A stretch of 64,000 nt of DNA, taken from IMG/VR virus record IMGVR_UViG_3300044998_001035, positions 1 to 64,000 of that record; one strand, 5' to 3'. The notes below the pieces were generated by a model, which saw nothing but the letters and a program-made list of their open reading frames with translations, searched no databases and had not been told where the DNA came from. The stretch is from a virus. Position numbers and translations under genes: made by a program. Positions 17,598 through 27,810 of this stretch are shown one piece after another (positions within the stretch are counted from its first letter, which is position 1; each line of letters begins with the position of its first letter).

Positions 17598-18893
17598 ATG
17601 TCGATGAATCCTACACCGGATCGGCACAAAATGCAAGGCCGCGCGCCGGGATTCGCGATGCTGGCGCACTGGGTCGGGGACCGGGCCGACGTCGGCGACG
17701 CCGAGGTCCGGGTGCTCCTCTCGCTGATCCGGCTCGCCCGCGGGCGCGGGGTGGTCGCCTCGACGGACGCGCAGATCGGGCTCCACGCCGGCGGCAAGGG
17801 CCGCCACGCGGTCTCGCGCGCCCTCGCCGCGCTGGAGGCGTCGGGCCTGATACGACGCGACGCCGGCGCGGGCCGGCGCGGGCCGCGCATGATCTTCTTG
17901 GACGACGCCATCCTCGGCAGGCCGGGCCAGTGTGACGTCTGCGAGGATCGGGATGTCGCGGATTCGCGACAGGGGGGGTGTCGCGAAAGTGCGGCGCAAT
18001 GTGTCGCGGATTCGCGACAGGGGGGGTGTCGCGAAAGTGCGGCGCAATGTGTCGCGGATTCGCGACAGGGGGGGTGTCGCGAAAGTGCGGCGCAATGTGT
18101 CGCGGATTCGCGACAGGCCCCTGTCGCGGAGATGCGGCAGGGGTGTCGCGAGGAAGCGGCGCAGAGTGTCGCGGATTCGCGACACTCTGGAGAATTCCTG
18201 AGAAGAATTAAGACCCCCCCTACCCCCCGCGGGGGGGGCGTGTGCGCCGGGACCGCCTCGGAGGGGACGGGAGCCGCGGAGGTCCCCGGGGCCGGGACTC
18301 CTCCCGCACCTGAGGGCGAACCGGCCGGGACGCCCCCCCCGGCCCCCCCCGCCGATCCGCCGCTGTCGGCCCCGGCCCCGGCCGAGTTCAACCCGGCGGC
18401 GGTCGCGGCGGCCGAGGCGCACGTGGCGCGGCTGTTCGAGCTGTACGACGACAACGCCTCTCGGAGCGTGCGGCAGGCGTGCCGCGCCGGGGTGGACCCG
18501 GCCTGGATCGTCGAGGCCGCCGACGCGATGGCCGAGGCCGGCAAGCTCTCGGCGGGCTGGCCGTACCTGAGGGGCATCCTGAGGCGATACCGGGCGCAGG
18601 GCGGGACGGACCGGGCGACGGGGGACGGGCCGACGGCGACGGCGACGGCGGCGGCCCGCGGCGGCGCCTCGGCCCCGCGCGTCGCGCTGGGCGACCCGGC
18701 GGCCTACCTGCCGGCACACGTCCTGACGCCGGAGCGCCACGCGGAACTGACCCGGCGGCGGCGCGAGGCCGAGGAGCGTGGCCGCGCCGCCTACGAGGCG
18801 AGCCTGACGCCCGCCGAGCGGGCCGACCGGGACCGGGCGTTGCGCCGGATCGAGGCGCTGATGGCCGCCGCCAGGTCCGGGGGTGCTCGATGA
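17598..18893 (+). CDS. Replication initiator (lambda O-like, N-terminal wHTH)
   Basis: STDAQIG...VSRALAALEASGLIRR wHTH, internal iterons, WPYLRGILRRY (DnaD-like) C-domain; overlaps the dnaB start. Confidence 0.8.
   Translation: MSMNPTPDRHKMQGRAPGFAMLAHWVGDRADVGDAEVRVLLSLIRLARGRGVVASTDAQIGLHAGGKGRHAVSRALAALEASGLIRRDAGAGRRGPRMIFLDDAILGRPGQCDVCEDRDVADSRQGGCRESAAQCVADSRQGGCRESAAQCVADSRQGGCRESAAQCVADSRQAPVAEMRQGCREEAAQSVADSRHSGEFLRRIKTPPTPRGGGVCAGTASEGTGAAEVPGAGTPPAPEGEPAGTPPPAPPADPPLSAPAPAEFNPAAVAAAEAHVARLFELYDDNASRSVRQACRAGVDPAWIVEAADAMAEAGKLSAGWPYLRGILRRYRAQGGTDRATGDGPTATATAAARGGASAPRVALGDPAAYLPAHVLTPERHAELTRRRREAEERGRAAYEASLTPAERADRDRALRRIEALMAAARSGGAR
17954..18215. repeat. Replication origin: 48-bp tandem repeats with palindromic iterons, then an A-rich tract
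   Basis: TGTCGCGGATTCGCGACA at 17954, 18002, 18050, 18098 and 18167, alternating with TGTCGCGAAAGTGCGGCG; followed by AGAATTCCTGAGAAGAATTAAGA. Confidence 0.85.
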
Positions 18894-20365
18894 GCCGGAT
18901 CAACGGGCACGGGCACGGGCCCGGGGCGCCCGGCGGCGTCGCCGCCCCCCACCGGATGCCCCCGCACAACCTGGAGGCCGAGCGCCGGCTCCTCTCGGCG
19001 CTCTGCCTGGACAACGGCCTGATCGACGAGGCGCAGGCCCTGATCGGACCCGACGACTTCTTCCGCGCCGCGCACGGGGCGATCTTCCGCGCGATCGTGG
19101 ACCTGCGCGGCCGGGGCCGCGAGGCGGACGGCCTGACGCTCGCGGACTGGTTCCAGACGCGAGACGCCTGGGGGCAGATCGGGGCGACGGGCGCCCACGA
19201 CGGGGCCGACGCGCTCTGCGAGGTGCTGGCGGCGGCGCCGCACGCGGAGGCGGGCGCGGAGGCGCTGTGGATCGTCGCGGAGAAGTCGACGCTCCGGCGC
19301 ACGGCCGAGGCCGCGGAGCGCGCGATCCGGGACTGCTACGCGGGCCGCGACAGCTCCGAGGCGGTGCTGGCGCGGGCGTTTCGGGCGCTGGAGGACCTCG
19401 ACGCCGGCCGGCGGCTGCCGCCCGAGAGGGCGATGGACGCCGTGATGGCCGACGCGATGGCGTACCGCTGCTCCGCCGGCGGCGCGACGGACGCGCTGGC
19501 GACGCCCTGGGCGTCGCTCGACGACGTGCTCGGCGGCCTCCGCCCCGGCCACCTCGTCGTGATCGCGGGCCGGCCCGGCTCGGGCAAGTCGATCCTCGGC
19601 CTCCAGCTCGCCGTCCACGCGGCGCGGGCCGGGGCACGCGGGGCGAGCGGGGGCGCCGTGCTGCTGTGCAGCCTGGAGATGCCCTGCGTCCCGGACCTGG
19701 CGTTCCGGATCTTGTCCTCGCTCGGCGGCGTCCCGTACCGACGGCTCGTCGAGGCCGGCGCCTCGCTCGGCGCGGCGGACGAGGCGGCGCTGGCGGCGGC
19801 CGTCGCCGACGCCACGTCCCGCCGGCTGCTGGTGGTCGACGAGCCCTACCAGCGGGCCGGCAACGTGATCGCCGCGGCCCGGCGCCTCGCGCGGCGCGGC
19901 GGCCTGGCGCTGGTGGTCGTGGACTACCTCCAGCTCCTCGAGCACGAGGGGGACCGGCGCGACCTGAGGACCGAGCAGGTGGCGCAGATGACGCGCCGCC
20001 TGAGGAAGATGGCGCGCGACCTGCGCGTGCCCGTCGTCGTCCTGGCCCAGCTCAACCGCGCCGCCGACAAGGAGTCCCGTCCGCCACGGCTCTCGGACCT
20101 GCGCGAGTCGGGCGCGATCGAGCAGGACGCGGACGCGGTGATCCTCCTCGACCACGAGCGCCCGTCGCCGTCGGACCCGCTGCCGTCGAGCCGGACGATC
20201 GACCTGATCGTGGCCAAACACCGCAACGGCCGCACGGCGAAGGTCACGCTGCTCTGGCGCCCGGAGGTGTTCCGCGTGGACGACCCGCCGCCGGGCGCCG
20301 CGGGGATCGCGGTCGGGGCCGGGCTCCCCCACGCCCCCGCCGCCGACGACGACTCCCCCTACTGA
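18890..20365 (+). CDS. dnaB: Replicative DNA helicase
   Basis: PPHNLEAE, AGRPGSGKS, VVDYLQL, LAQLNR, SDLRESGAIEQDAD, AKHRNG. Confidence 0.97.
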   Translation: MSRINGHGHGPGAPGGVAAPHRMPPHNLEAERRLLSALCLDNGLIDEAQALIGPDDFFRAAHGAIFRAIVDLRGRGREADGLTLADWFQTRDAWGQIGATGAHDGADALCEVLAAAPHAEAGAEALWIVAEKSTLRRTAEAAERAIRDCYAGRDSSEAVLARAFRALEDLDAGRRLPPERAMDAVMADAMAYRCSAGGATDALATPWASLDDVLGGLRPGHLVVIAGRPGSGKSILGLQLAVHAARAGARGASGGAVLLCSLEMPCVPDLAFRILSSLGGVPYRRLVEAGASLGAADEAALAAAVADATSRRLLVVDEPYQRAGNVIAAARRLARRGGLALVVVDYLQLLEHEGDRRDLRTEQVAQMTRRLRKMARDLRVPVVVLAQLNRAADKESRPPRLSDLRESGAIEQDADAVILLDHERPSPSDPLPSSRTIDLIVAKHRNGRTAKVTLLWRPEVFRVDDPPPGAAGIAVGAGLPHAPAADDDSPY

Positions 20366-20469
20366 CCCCGCCGCCGGGCTGGCCAGCCGGATTTCCGACC
20401 GATTTCGATTCGATTTCGCGATTGAGTTTCTCGTCAAACGGGTGTAGATTCCTGGCAGGAGGTGAGACC

Positions 20470-21126
<657 letters not shown>

Positions 21127-21136
21127 GGGCATTCCG

Positions 21137-21421
21137 ATGCGCGTCCCGATCTATTCATGCGTCGAGGTGACGGTCACGGGCCGGCGGCTGCGTCGGCGCC
21201 GGTTCACGCCGGCCCGGGGCTGCGAGGAGGCCCCGGAGTGCGTCCTGGACGTTCCGGCGGGCTGCGCCCTGTGGCGGGCCGGGGACGACGCGCTCCTGGT
21301 CCTCGATTACGGCGGGGAGGTCGCCGAACTCGACGCGAAGGGGGCGCTCGACGCGGCGGCGGTGGGCGCGTTCGGGATTCGGCTGGCCGGCGCGGAGCCG
21401 GCCGGCGTCACCGGGCGGTGA
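21137..21421 (+). CDS. Hypothetical protein
   Basis: Colinear ORF filling the gap. Confidence 0.45.
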   Translation: MRVPIYSCVEVTVTGRRLRRRRFTPARGCEEAPECVLDVPAGCALWRAGDDALLVLDYGGEVAELDAKGALDAAAVGAFGIRLAGAEPAGVTGR

Positions 21422-21431
21422 GGAGGCCGGC

Positions 21432-21989
21432 ATGCGTGACGACTGCGAAGGCGACGGGCGCGAGGGCGGGGGGCCGCCGCGGGTCCGCTGGATGGTCCGC
21501 GGGGACTTGCCCGAGGTGCTGGCGATCGAGGAGGCGAGCTTCGAGGAGCCGTGGACCGAGGGGCGGTTCCTCTCGGTCCTCCGGGAGCGGAGTTCGATCG
21601 GCATGGTCGCCGAGGTCGGGGGCCGCGTCGCCGGCTACATGCTTTACCGCCTCCGGCCGCGCACGGTCGAACTGCTGACGTTCGCCGTCAGCCCGGCCCG
21701 GCGGAACCGCGGGGTCGGGACGCGGCTCCTGGCGAAGCTGGTCGAGAAGATCGACCGGGGGGCCTGGCCGGTCCGGCGCCGGACGGCGATCGAGGCGGAG
21801 GTCCCCGAGGAGCACGTCGCGTTCCTGATGTTCCTGAGGAAGCGCGCCGCGCCTGGCTCGGGCCTCAGGCTGGACTGCAAGCTCCGGCGGAGCGACACGC
21901 GGCCGACGGACGCGGTCTGGGTCCGTGTCGAGCACGCGTCGCCGGCCTGGTCGTGCCCCGGCGTCGTGGTCGTCGAGGAGTGTTCCTGA
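21432..21989 (+). CDS. rimI: RimI-like GNAT acetyltransferase
   Basis: VRWMVRGDLPEVLAIEEASFEEPW...IGMVAE...FAVSPARRNRGVGTRLL (acetyl-CoA motif RxxGxG). Confidence 0.8.
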   Translation: MRDDCEGDGREGGGPPRVRWMVRGDLPEVLAIEEASFEEPWTEGRFLSVLRERSSIGMVAEVGGRVAGYMLYRLRPRTVELLTFAVSPARRNRGVGTRLLAKLVEKIDRGAWPVRRRTAIEAEVPEEHVAFLMFLRKRAAPGSGLRLDCKLRRSDTRPTDAVWVRVEHASPAWSCPGVVVVEECS

Positions 21990-22036
21990 TCCGACGCCGA
22001 CGCGTCGGGCCTATCGGGGCGTGCGGGGGGGCGGCC

Positions 22037-22264
22037 GTGGGCGACGCGATCCTTGCGGCGGGGCTGGCGGCGACGGCCTCGGCGCTGACCTGGCTCGCGT
22101 ACCGGGGGGTGCGCGGGGCGCTTCTGCTGGCGATCTTCCGCCCCGGCGGCCCGGCCGCGAGGTACACCGCGATCGCGGCGCTGGCGGCCGGGCTGCTCGC
22201 CGTCGCCGGCTGGATCGCGGCGGCGGTCGCCGCGGCCAGGGCGTTCCTGGAGGCGACCGGATGA
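22037..22264 (+). CDS. Small two-TM membrane protein
   Basis: Two hydrophobic segments; overlaps the thyX ATG. Confidence 0.5.
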   Translation: MGDAILAAGLAATASALTWLAYRGVRGALLLAIFRPGGPAARYTAIAALAAGLLAVAGWIAAAVAAARAFLEATG

Positions 22265-23247
22265 CGGATGACGACGAGGACGCCGGCGGGCTCTGCTGGG
22301 CGCCGGAGATCAGGATCGTGGGGCGCCTGGCGCTGGACCGCGAGAATTTGCGCGACTTCTTCGGGCGCTTCGGGCCCGACGCCGACCGATTCCTCGAAGG
22401 GGCCGCGTCCGACGGCGAGTTCGCGGCCGAGGTCGCGGGGCGGCTCTGCTACCTGTCGTTCCCCCGCCCGCGCCCCGGGGGGCCCGCGGCGTACCACGAG
22501 CACATCCTGGCGTCCGGGCACGGCAGCGTCTACCACCACAGCGTCTACGAGTTCGTGATCTCCGGCGTCTCTCGGAGCCTGACTCACGAGCTGGTGCGGC
22601 ACAAGGCGGGCGTGGACCCGTCCGAGCTTTCCCAGCGCTACGTGGACGCGTCGATGGCGCGCGTCGTCGTGCCGCCCCTGCTGGCGCCGGCCGTCGACGC
22701 GTGTCTGCTCCGCGACCGCGTCTGCGGCGGGCGCGAGCCCGCCGCGGCGGAGGCCGAGCTGGCGCGCCTGATCCCGCCGTCCGGTCCGTGGGCGGACGGG
22801 TCCGGCGGCGTCTCCCTGGTCCGCTTCCACGACTGCGCCGACCTGGGTGCGTGCTGGCTGGAGGCCGTCGCGGCGGCGCGGGAGGCGTACGCGCGGATCG
22901 AGGACGCGGCGTCGCGCTATCTGCTCGGCGCAGGGGGCCGGCACGGCGCAGGCCCCGGCACGGCGGAGCGGAAGGCGGCCCGGGAGGCGGCCCGGAGCGT
23001 CCTGCCCGGCGCGACCGAGAGTGCCGTCTATATCACGGCGAACGCCAGGGCGTTGCGGAACGTCTTCGAGCAGCGCTGCTCGCCCCACGCCGACGCCGAG
23101 ATGAGGCGGCTGTGCCTGGCCTGGCTGCGGCTGATGCGGGCCGAGGCCCCGCACCTGTTCGCGGACTTCGAGTTCGCCACCGCGCCGGCGCCCGGGGACT
23201 CGGGCACGCCGATCGAATACGCGATTTGTAAATATCACAAGGTCTGA
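22261..23247 (+). CDS. thyX: FAD-dependent thymidylate synthase
   Basis: GHGSVYHH, SRSLTHELVRH...SELSQRYVD, REAARSVLP, NARALRNVFEQRCSPHADAEMR. Confidence 0.95.
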   Translation: MTDDDEDAGGLCWAPEIRIVGRLALDRENLRDFFGRFGPDADRFLEGAASDGEFAAEVAGRLCYLSFPRPRPGGPAAYHEHILASGHGSVYHHSVYEFVISGVSRSLTHELVRHKAGVDPSELSQRYVDASMARVVVPPLLAPAVDACLLRDRVCGGREPAAAEAELARLIPPSGPWADGSGGVSLVRFHDCADLGACWLEAVAAAREAYARIEDAASRYLLGAGGRHGAGPGTAERKAAREAARSVLPGATESAVYITANARALRNVFEQRCSPHADAEMRRLCLAWLRLMRAEAPHLFADFEFATAPAPGDSGTPIEYAICKYHKV

Positions 23248-23273
23248 ATGTTCCAGGCCGTTGGGGGGGAGGG

Positions 23274-24314
23274 GTGGCCGACATGATCGCCCGGTCGTGG
23301 TTCAGGCGCGCGCTCGACGCGCTCCGCCGCCTTGCCCCCGGCCCCGGCCCCGCCCCCGGCCCCTCGCCATCGCCGCTCCCGTACCCGCCGGCCCCTCCCT
23401 CCCCGCCGCCGGCGCCGGCCCCGCCGCCGGCGCCGGCCCCGCCGCCGGGCCCGGAGACGTTCGCCGTCCCTGCGTGCCGCGTGGTCGAGGACGGGACGGC
23501 CTACGGGGACGTGATGAGCCGCCCGCCCCGGATGCACACGGGCCACGACCGGGCGACGAACGCGCACGAGAGCGCCCACCTGCTCCACGCCGCCCTGCGC
23601 AACGCCAGGGCCGCGCCCGGCGCCCCGCGGGTCAACTGCTTCTACATGATGGGCGGGCGGGCCTGCGCCGTCCCCGAGCCGCCGATTGCGCTGGACCGGG
23701 TGCCCGGGTTCGTCCCGGCGAGGCTGCGCGGCTATCGGTTCCGCCTCTACCTGGAGCGGCAGGTGCGGGCGTGGAACGACCGGAGCCTGTACGTATTCGA
23801 CGAGGGCGCGGCGTACCTGATCGACGCGCTGGTCAGCCTGGACGACGCGGCCCGCGGCGTCCGCGGCGTGTCCGGGCCGGCCCCGTTCCTGCCGACGGCC
23901 GTCGCGTCCCGCGACCCCGGCCCGTCCGGCTCGCGGTCGTACCCGGCGCCGTCCCGGCTCTCCCGCTACGCGGCGGCGTCCGCGCCCGGCGAGCCCATGA
24001 GGGCCGTCGAGCGGGACGGGGTCTCCGGGTGCCTGGAGTTCGCGATCTACGGGCTGGCCCACGCGCTGGCGGTCCGGGAGCACGCGCCGGCGTACTGGCG
24101 CGGCTGCGGCCAGTACCGGGCGTGGCTCGGCTGGTTCCTCGGCCGCTGCGAGGCGGCCTGGCGCGAGGGCGCGGGGCTCCCCGGGTTCGCCGCCCTCTCC
24201 CAGCGCGGGCTGCTGGAGGCGCTGCGGGCGGACCCGTCGGCGGCGCCGCATCGCGACCTGCTCTCGGCCGAGTTCGGGGGCGCCTGGCTGTCGCGCCCCG
24301 GCCCCGGCGCGTGA
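23274..24314 (+). CDS. Pro-rich protein with an HExxH motif (possible zinc metallopeptidase)
   Basis: AHESAHLLH followed later by FDE. Confidence 0.5.
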   Translation: MADMIARSWFRRALDALRRLAPGPGPAPGPSPSPLPYPPAPPSPPPAPAPPPAPAPPPGPETFAVPACRVVEDGTAYGDVMSRPPRMHTGHDRATNAHESAHLLHAALRNARAAPGAPRVNCFYMMGGRACAVPEPPIALDRVPGFVPARLRGYRFRLYLERQVRAWNDRSLYVFDEGAAYLIDALVSLDDAARGVRGVSGPAPFLPTAVASRDPGPSGSRSYPAPSRLSRYAAASAPGEPMRAVERDGVSGCLEFAIYGLAHALAVREHAPAYWRGCGQYRAWLGWFLGRCEAAWREGAGLPGFAALSQRGLLEALRADPSAAPHRDLLSAEFGGAWLSRPGPGA

Positions 24315-24345
24315 TCTCCCGAGGCGAGGAAAGGAGGGGGGTAGG

Positions 24346-24591
24346 ATGCTGGTGCTGTCGAGGCGTGAGGACGAGTCGATCCTGATCGGGGACGACGTCG
24401 AGGTGGTGGTGCTCTCCATCGGGTGGGGGAAGGTGCGGCTCGGGATACGCGCCCCGCGCGGCGTGCGCGTGGACCGGGACGAGGTGCGCGCGGCGCTCCT
24501 GGCGGGCGCCGCGCCGCCCGGCGGCCCGCCGCCCGAGCCCGCCGCCGCCGCGCCTCCCGCCGCCGGCGGGTCCGAGGGGGGCGCGACGTGA
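24346..24591 (+). CDS. csrA: Carbon storage regulator CsrA/RsmA homologue
   Basis: MLVLSRREDESILIGDDVEVVVLSIGWGKVRLGIRAPRGVRVDRDEV; AAGGAGG RBS. Confidence 0.92.
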   Translation: MLVLSRREDESILIGDDVEVVVLSIGWGKVRLGIRAPRGVRVDRDEVRAALLAGAAPPGGPPPEPAAAAPPAAGGSEGGAT

Positions 24592-25508
24592 ACGCGAACG
24601 CGAGCGCGAATGTCGTCGAGATCCCGGTCGGCCGGGTCCGGCCGATGCGCGGCCAGCCGCGTGTGCACTTCGACCGGGAGTCGATCCGGCTGCTGGCCGA
24701 GTCGATCCGGGAGGCCGGCCAGGTGGTGCCGGCGAAGGTCTGCGAGGTCCGCGGCGACCCCGACGCGACCCACGAATTGATCGACGGCGAGCGGCGCTGG
24801 ACGGCGTGCAAGCTGGCCGGTGTCGCGACGCTCAAGGCCGAGGTCGTGGACGAGCCCGACCCGGAGCGGCGTTACCTGCTCTCGGTGATCGCGAACGCCG
24901 CGCGCGAGGGGCACACGCCGACGGAGACGGCGCGCGTCTGCGAGCGTCTGACGCGGACGATGACCGCGGAGGCCGCCGCGCGCGCGATGGGTCGGAGCGT
25001 CGCCTACGTCTATCAACATCTGTCGATACTCAAGCTCCACCCCGACCTGCGCGACGCGATGGAGCCGGCGGTGCCGCGCGACCGCCGGCTCCTTATGACC
25101 GTGGCGTGCCAACTCGCGCGGCTGCGCCACCACGAGCAGCGCCAGGCGTGGGCGAAGATCCTGGCGGCGCGCGAGGGGTCGTCGCGGGCCATCCCGCTCG
25201 CGACGATCGCCCAGGCCGTGCTGGCGGGCGAGGAGGTCGGCGGCGGCCCGGCCGCGGCCGGGCGTCCCCCGGGCTCGGGGCCGGGGACCGCCCGCCCCCA
25301 CGACTACAGGCGAGACTTCGAGCGCAAGGCGTCGCGGGTCCGCCTCCAGCTCGCGAGGGAGGAGCCGGCGACGCTGCGCGCGGCGGCGGCGCGCTGGCCG
25401 TCGCGGGCGCGCGAGGCGGCGGCGGCCGACCTTGAGGCGGCGGCGGCGCTGGCGTCGGCCCTGGCGGCGGCCGTCCGGGGCGGCGGGCCGGCGCGGGGGG
25501 GCGGCTGA
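24588..25508 (+). CDS. parB: ParB/Spo0J-family protein
   Basis: QPRVHFD...LAESIREAGQVVP...LIDGERRWTAC plus an HTH. Confidence 0.9.
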   Translation: MNANASANVVEIPVGRVRPMRGQPRVHFDRESIRLLAESIREAGQVVPAKVCEVRGDPDATHELIDGERRWTACKLAGVATLKAEVVDEPDPERRYLLSVIANAAREGHTPTETARVCERLTRTMTAEAAARAMGRSVAYVYQHLSILKLHPDLRDAMEPAVPRDRRLLMTVACQLARLRHHEQRQAWAKILAAREGSSRAIPLATIAQAVLAGEEVGGGPAAAGRPPGSGPGTARPHDYRRDFERKASRVRLQLAREEPATLRAAAARWPSRAREAAAADLEAAAALASALAAAVRGGGPARGGG

Positions 25509-25509
25509 G

Positions 25510-26136
25510 TTGCGCCGCAAGCGGCCCCGGCCGGCCGGCTACCACTGGGACGCCCGCGAGCCGGAGATCCACCCGTCGAACGGGCGCCGGTCCTGCCGCT
25601 GGTGCCGCGGCCCGGTGGAGCCGCCGCGCCGGAACTGGTGCGGCAACCCGGCATGCGTCGAGGCGTGGAAGATCCGGACGGACCCGGCGGCGCTGCGCGC
25701 GGCGGTCTTCGCCCGCGACCGCGGCGTCTGCGCCCGCTGCGGCCTCGACGGGGCGGCGCTCGACCCCGACGCGATCCGGCGCGAGCTGGAGGCGGCGGCC
25801 GAGGCCTTGCGCCGCGAGTGGGCGCGGCCGGGCCCGCCGCCCCGCCCGGACGGCCTGCGCCGGCTCCTCGACGCGCTCGGCGCGGCGCTCGAATGGCGGG
25901 CGCGGAACAACGTGCCGGCGCGCGAGCCGGCCTGGCAGGTCGACCACGTCACGCCGGTCAGCGAGGGCGGGGACTACTTCGAGATGGCGAACCTCGCCAC
26001 GCTCTGCGTGCCGTGCCACCGCGACAAGTCGCGGGCCGAGGCGCGTGCGGCTCGCGAGGCCGGGACGGCGGCGCGGTGCGAGCGGCGCCGGGCGAAGACG
26101 CGGGCGAAGGTCGCGGCGCGTCGGAGGATGGCGTAG
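25510..26136 (+). CDS. HNH endonuclease
   Basis: VFARDRGVCARC...WQVDHVTPVSEGG...NLATLCVPCHRDKS. Confidence 0.9.
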   Translation: MRRKRPRPAGYHWDAREPEIHPSNGRRSCRWCRGPVEPPRRNWCGNPACVEAWKIRTDPAALRAAVFARDRGVCARCGLDGAALDPDAIRRELEAAAEALRREWARPGPPPRPDGLRRLLDALGAALEWRARNNVPAREPAWQVDHVTPVSEGGDYFEMANLATLCVPCHRDKSRAEARAAREAGTAARCERRRAKTRAKVAARRRMA

Positions 26137-26160
26137 GCGTGAAGGAAGGTGGATAGCACG

Positions 26161-26713
26161 ATGGCGATCAGGGTCAGGGTCAGGGTCGGGATTGAGGGCG
26201 GGGTTCAGGATGAGGTCATCACGGCGGACAAGCTCAGGGAGGGCGAGATCGGGATCGTCATCAGCAGCCGTGCCGGGCAGTATTGCCCCGTCGAGCCCGG
26301 GGATGTCGCCGTTGGGACGCGAGACTCAAGCGTGATCTTCCCGCGCCATTGGGCACATTGCGTTGCCGGGAAGGAGTTCAACGTTCGGAGGCGACGCCCC
26401 GGCGAAGAGATCGTGATCGGGTCTGGGGGCGAGAAAATCAGGTGGGTCCGGGCGGTCGAGAATGATGTGGAGATCACGGGGGACGATCTCTGCACCGGCG
26501 AGTTCGCGATCACCCTGGAGCCATGCGAGGCGCGACGCATTTTTGGGGTCTGCAAAGATGGCCGTCCCGGCCGGGACCGTCGCCACGTATGCGGGAAACG
26601 GGGGGTGGATCGCCTGGATGGGGGACACGGCCTATGACGACCTGGATCTTTCCAGGGTCCGAATGCGTCGGCGCCGCAAGGGGGAGCGGGTCGTGTTCGA
26701 GGAGGTGGGCTGA
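26161..26713 (+). pseudogene. Lower-GC gene with a duplicated domain, split by a frameshift near 26530-26560
   Basis: Domain 1 is ITADKL...VRRRRPGEEIVI. Domain 2 begins ITGDDL... and ends MRRRRKGERVVF in another frame. Confidence 0.55.
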
Positions 26714-26991
26714 TGAGGCCGAATAGTCGCAGGATCAGGTTCGAGGCCGTGCCGCCGCCCGCGAAGGCCGTGCCCGATCCGCCGGGCCGCCGGGATCGGA
26801 TCGAGGGCGTCGTTGCGCGTGGCTGGCTCGCGGTCATGGCCTCCGCGACCGCCGCAATCCTGGCGACGGCGCAGGCGGTCCTCGCCTGGGCGGACCCCGT
26901 CGCGGCGATCGCCGGCTCGCTCGCGCTCGCCGTCCTGGGCATGACGAGTTGGTCCCTGTTCCGCCTCGCGGCCGAGAGGGACCGTGGATGA
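26713..26991 (+). CDS. Small two-TM membrane protein
   Basis: Two hydrophobic helices. Confidence 0.55.
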   Translation: MRPNSRRIRFEAVPPPAKAVPDPPGRRDRIEGVVARGWLAVMASATAAILATAQAVLAWADPVAAIAGSLALAVLGMTSWSLFRLAAERDRG

Positions 26992-27063
26992 GGCGGTTTC
27001 CGGCCCCGGCGCGTGCCGGCGCGGGGGCCCTGCGTTCGACTTCGATTCCTGGAGGCAGGCGTC

Positions 27064-27810
27064 ATGCGATTCCATTCCCAGAACCTGACGGACGGGCGGC
27101 TCCCCACCTGGCGCCACGGGCGGGCCTGGCTCGGGCCCTGGGGCTTCGAGTGGGGCGTCTTCCGGTGGTACTCGTGGTTCAGCGCGAGGGTCTATAAGGG
27201 GGGATATGAGGGGGACCGCGTCGGGTTCCACGTCGCCGTCCCCTGGTTCTTCCTGTTCGTCTACAGGTCGTGCGGCCGGTCGTTCGCCGCCCGCGAGGCC
27301 GGGGCCTACTGGTTCGGCGGGAGCCTCGTCCTGCTCCCCTGGGTCGGCGACGCCGAGGACCGGGCCTATGGGCGCGCGCCGCGCCGCGGGCCGATCTCCC
27401 TGGACGTCCGGCGATGGATCTGCGGGGCCCCGCGCGTGGAGCGGTCCGAAGGGGAGCCGGTCGCGGTGCTCGTGCCGATGCCGGAGGGCTGCTACCGGGC
27501 GACCGTCACGCGCGAGGAGACGACCAGGGTCTACCGCCTCGGCATCGCGAGGCGCGAGACCTGGTTCTGGCTGCGGGTCGACCGCCCGGGCGGCATCCCG
27601 TTCGCCGGCAAGGGCGAAAACGGTTGGGACTGCGGGGACGACGGCCTGTGCGGGATCGGCGGCGAGACGCCCGAGGAGGCGATCGGCCGTGCCGTGGCGT
27701 CGGCGCTCAAGACGCGCGGCCGATACGGCTGCGCGTCGCACCTCCGCGGCGCCGCCCCGGTGATGGCCCCCGCCGATGCCTCGCCCGGTGGGGAGGTGAC
27801 GCCATGCTGA
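27064..27810 (+). CDS. Hypothetical phage protein
   Basis: Trp/Gly-rich ORF with an RBS; IPFAGKGENGWDCGDDG segment. Confidence 0.6.
   Translation: MRFHSQNLTDGRLPTWRHGRAWLGPWGFEWGVFRWYSWFSARVYKGGYEGDRVGFHVAVPWFFLFVYRSCGRSFAAREAGAYWFGGSLVLLPWVGDAEDRAYGRAPRRGPISLDVRRWICGAPRVERSEGEPVAVLVPMPEGCYRATVTREETTRVYRLGIARRETWFWLRVDRPGGIPFAGKGENGWDCGDDGLCGIGGETPEEAIGRAVASALKTRGRYGCASHLRGAAPVMAPADASPGGEVTPC

Noticed and set aside
17954-18184. CRISPR-like palindromic repeats
   Set aside because: The intervening sequences are identical, in frame and inside an initiator gene; they are iterons.
20395-20430. CGATT micro-repeats as a separate regulatory system
   Set aside because: Too short. They fit an ordinary AT-rich promoter region, and I could not define a consistent motif at the other AT-rich gaps.
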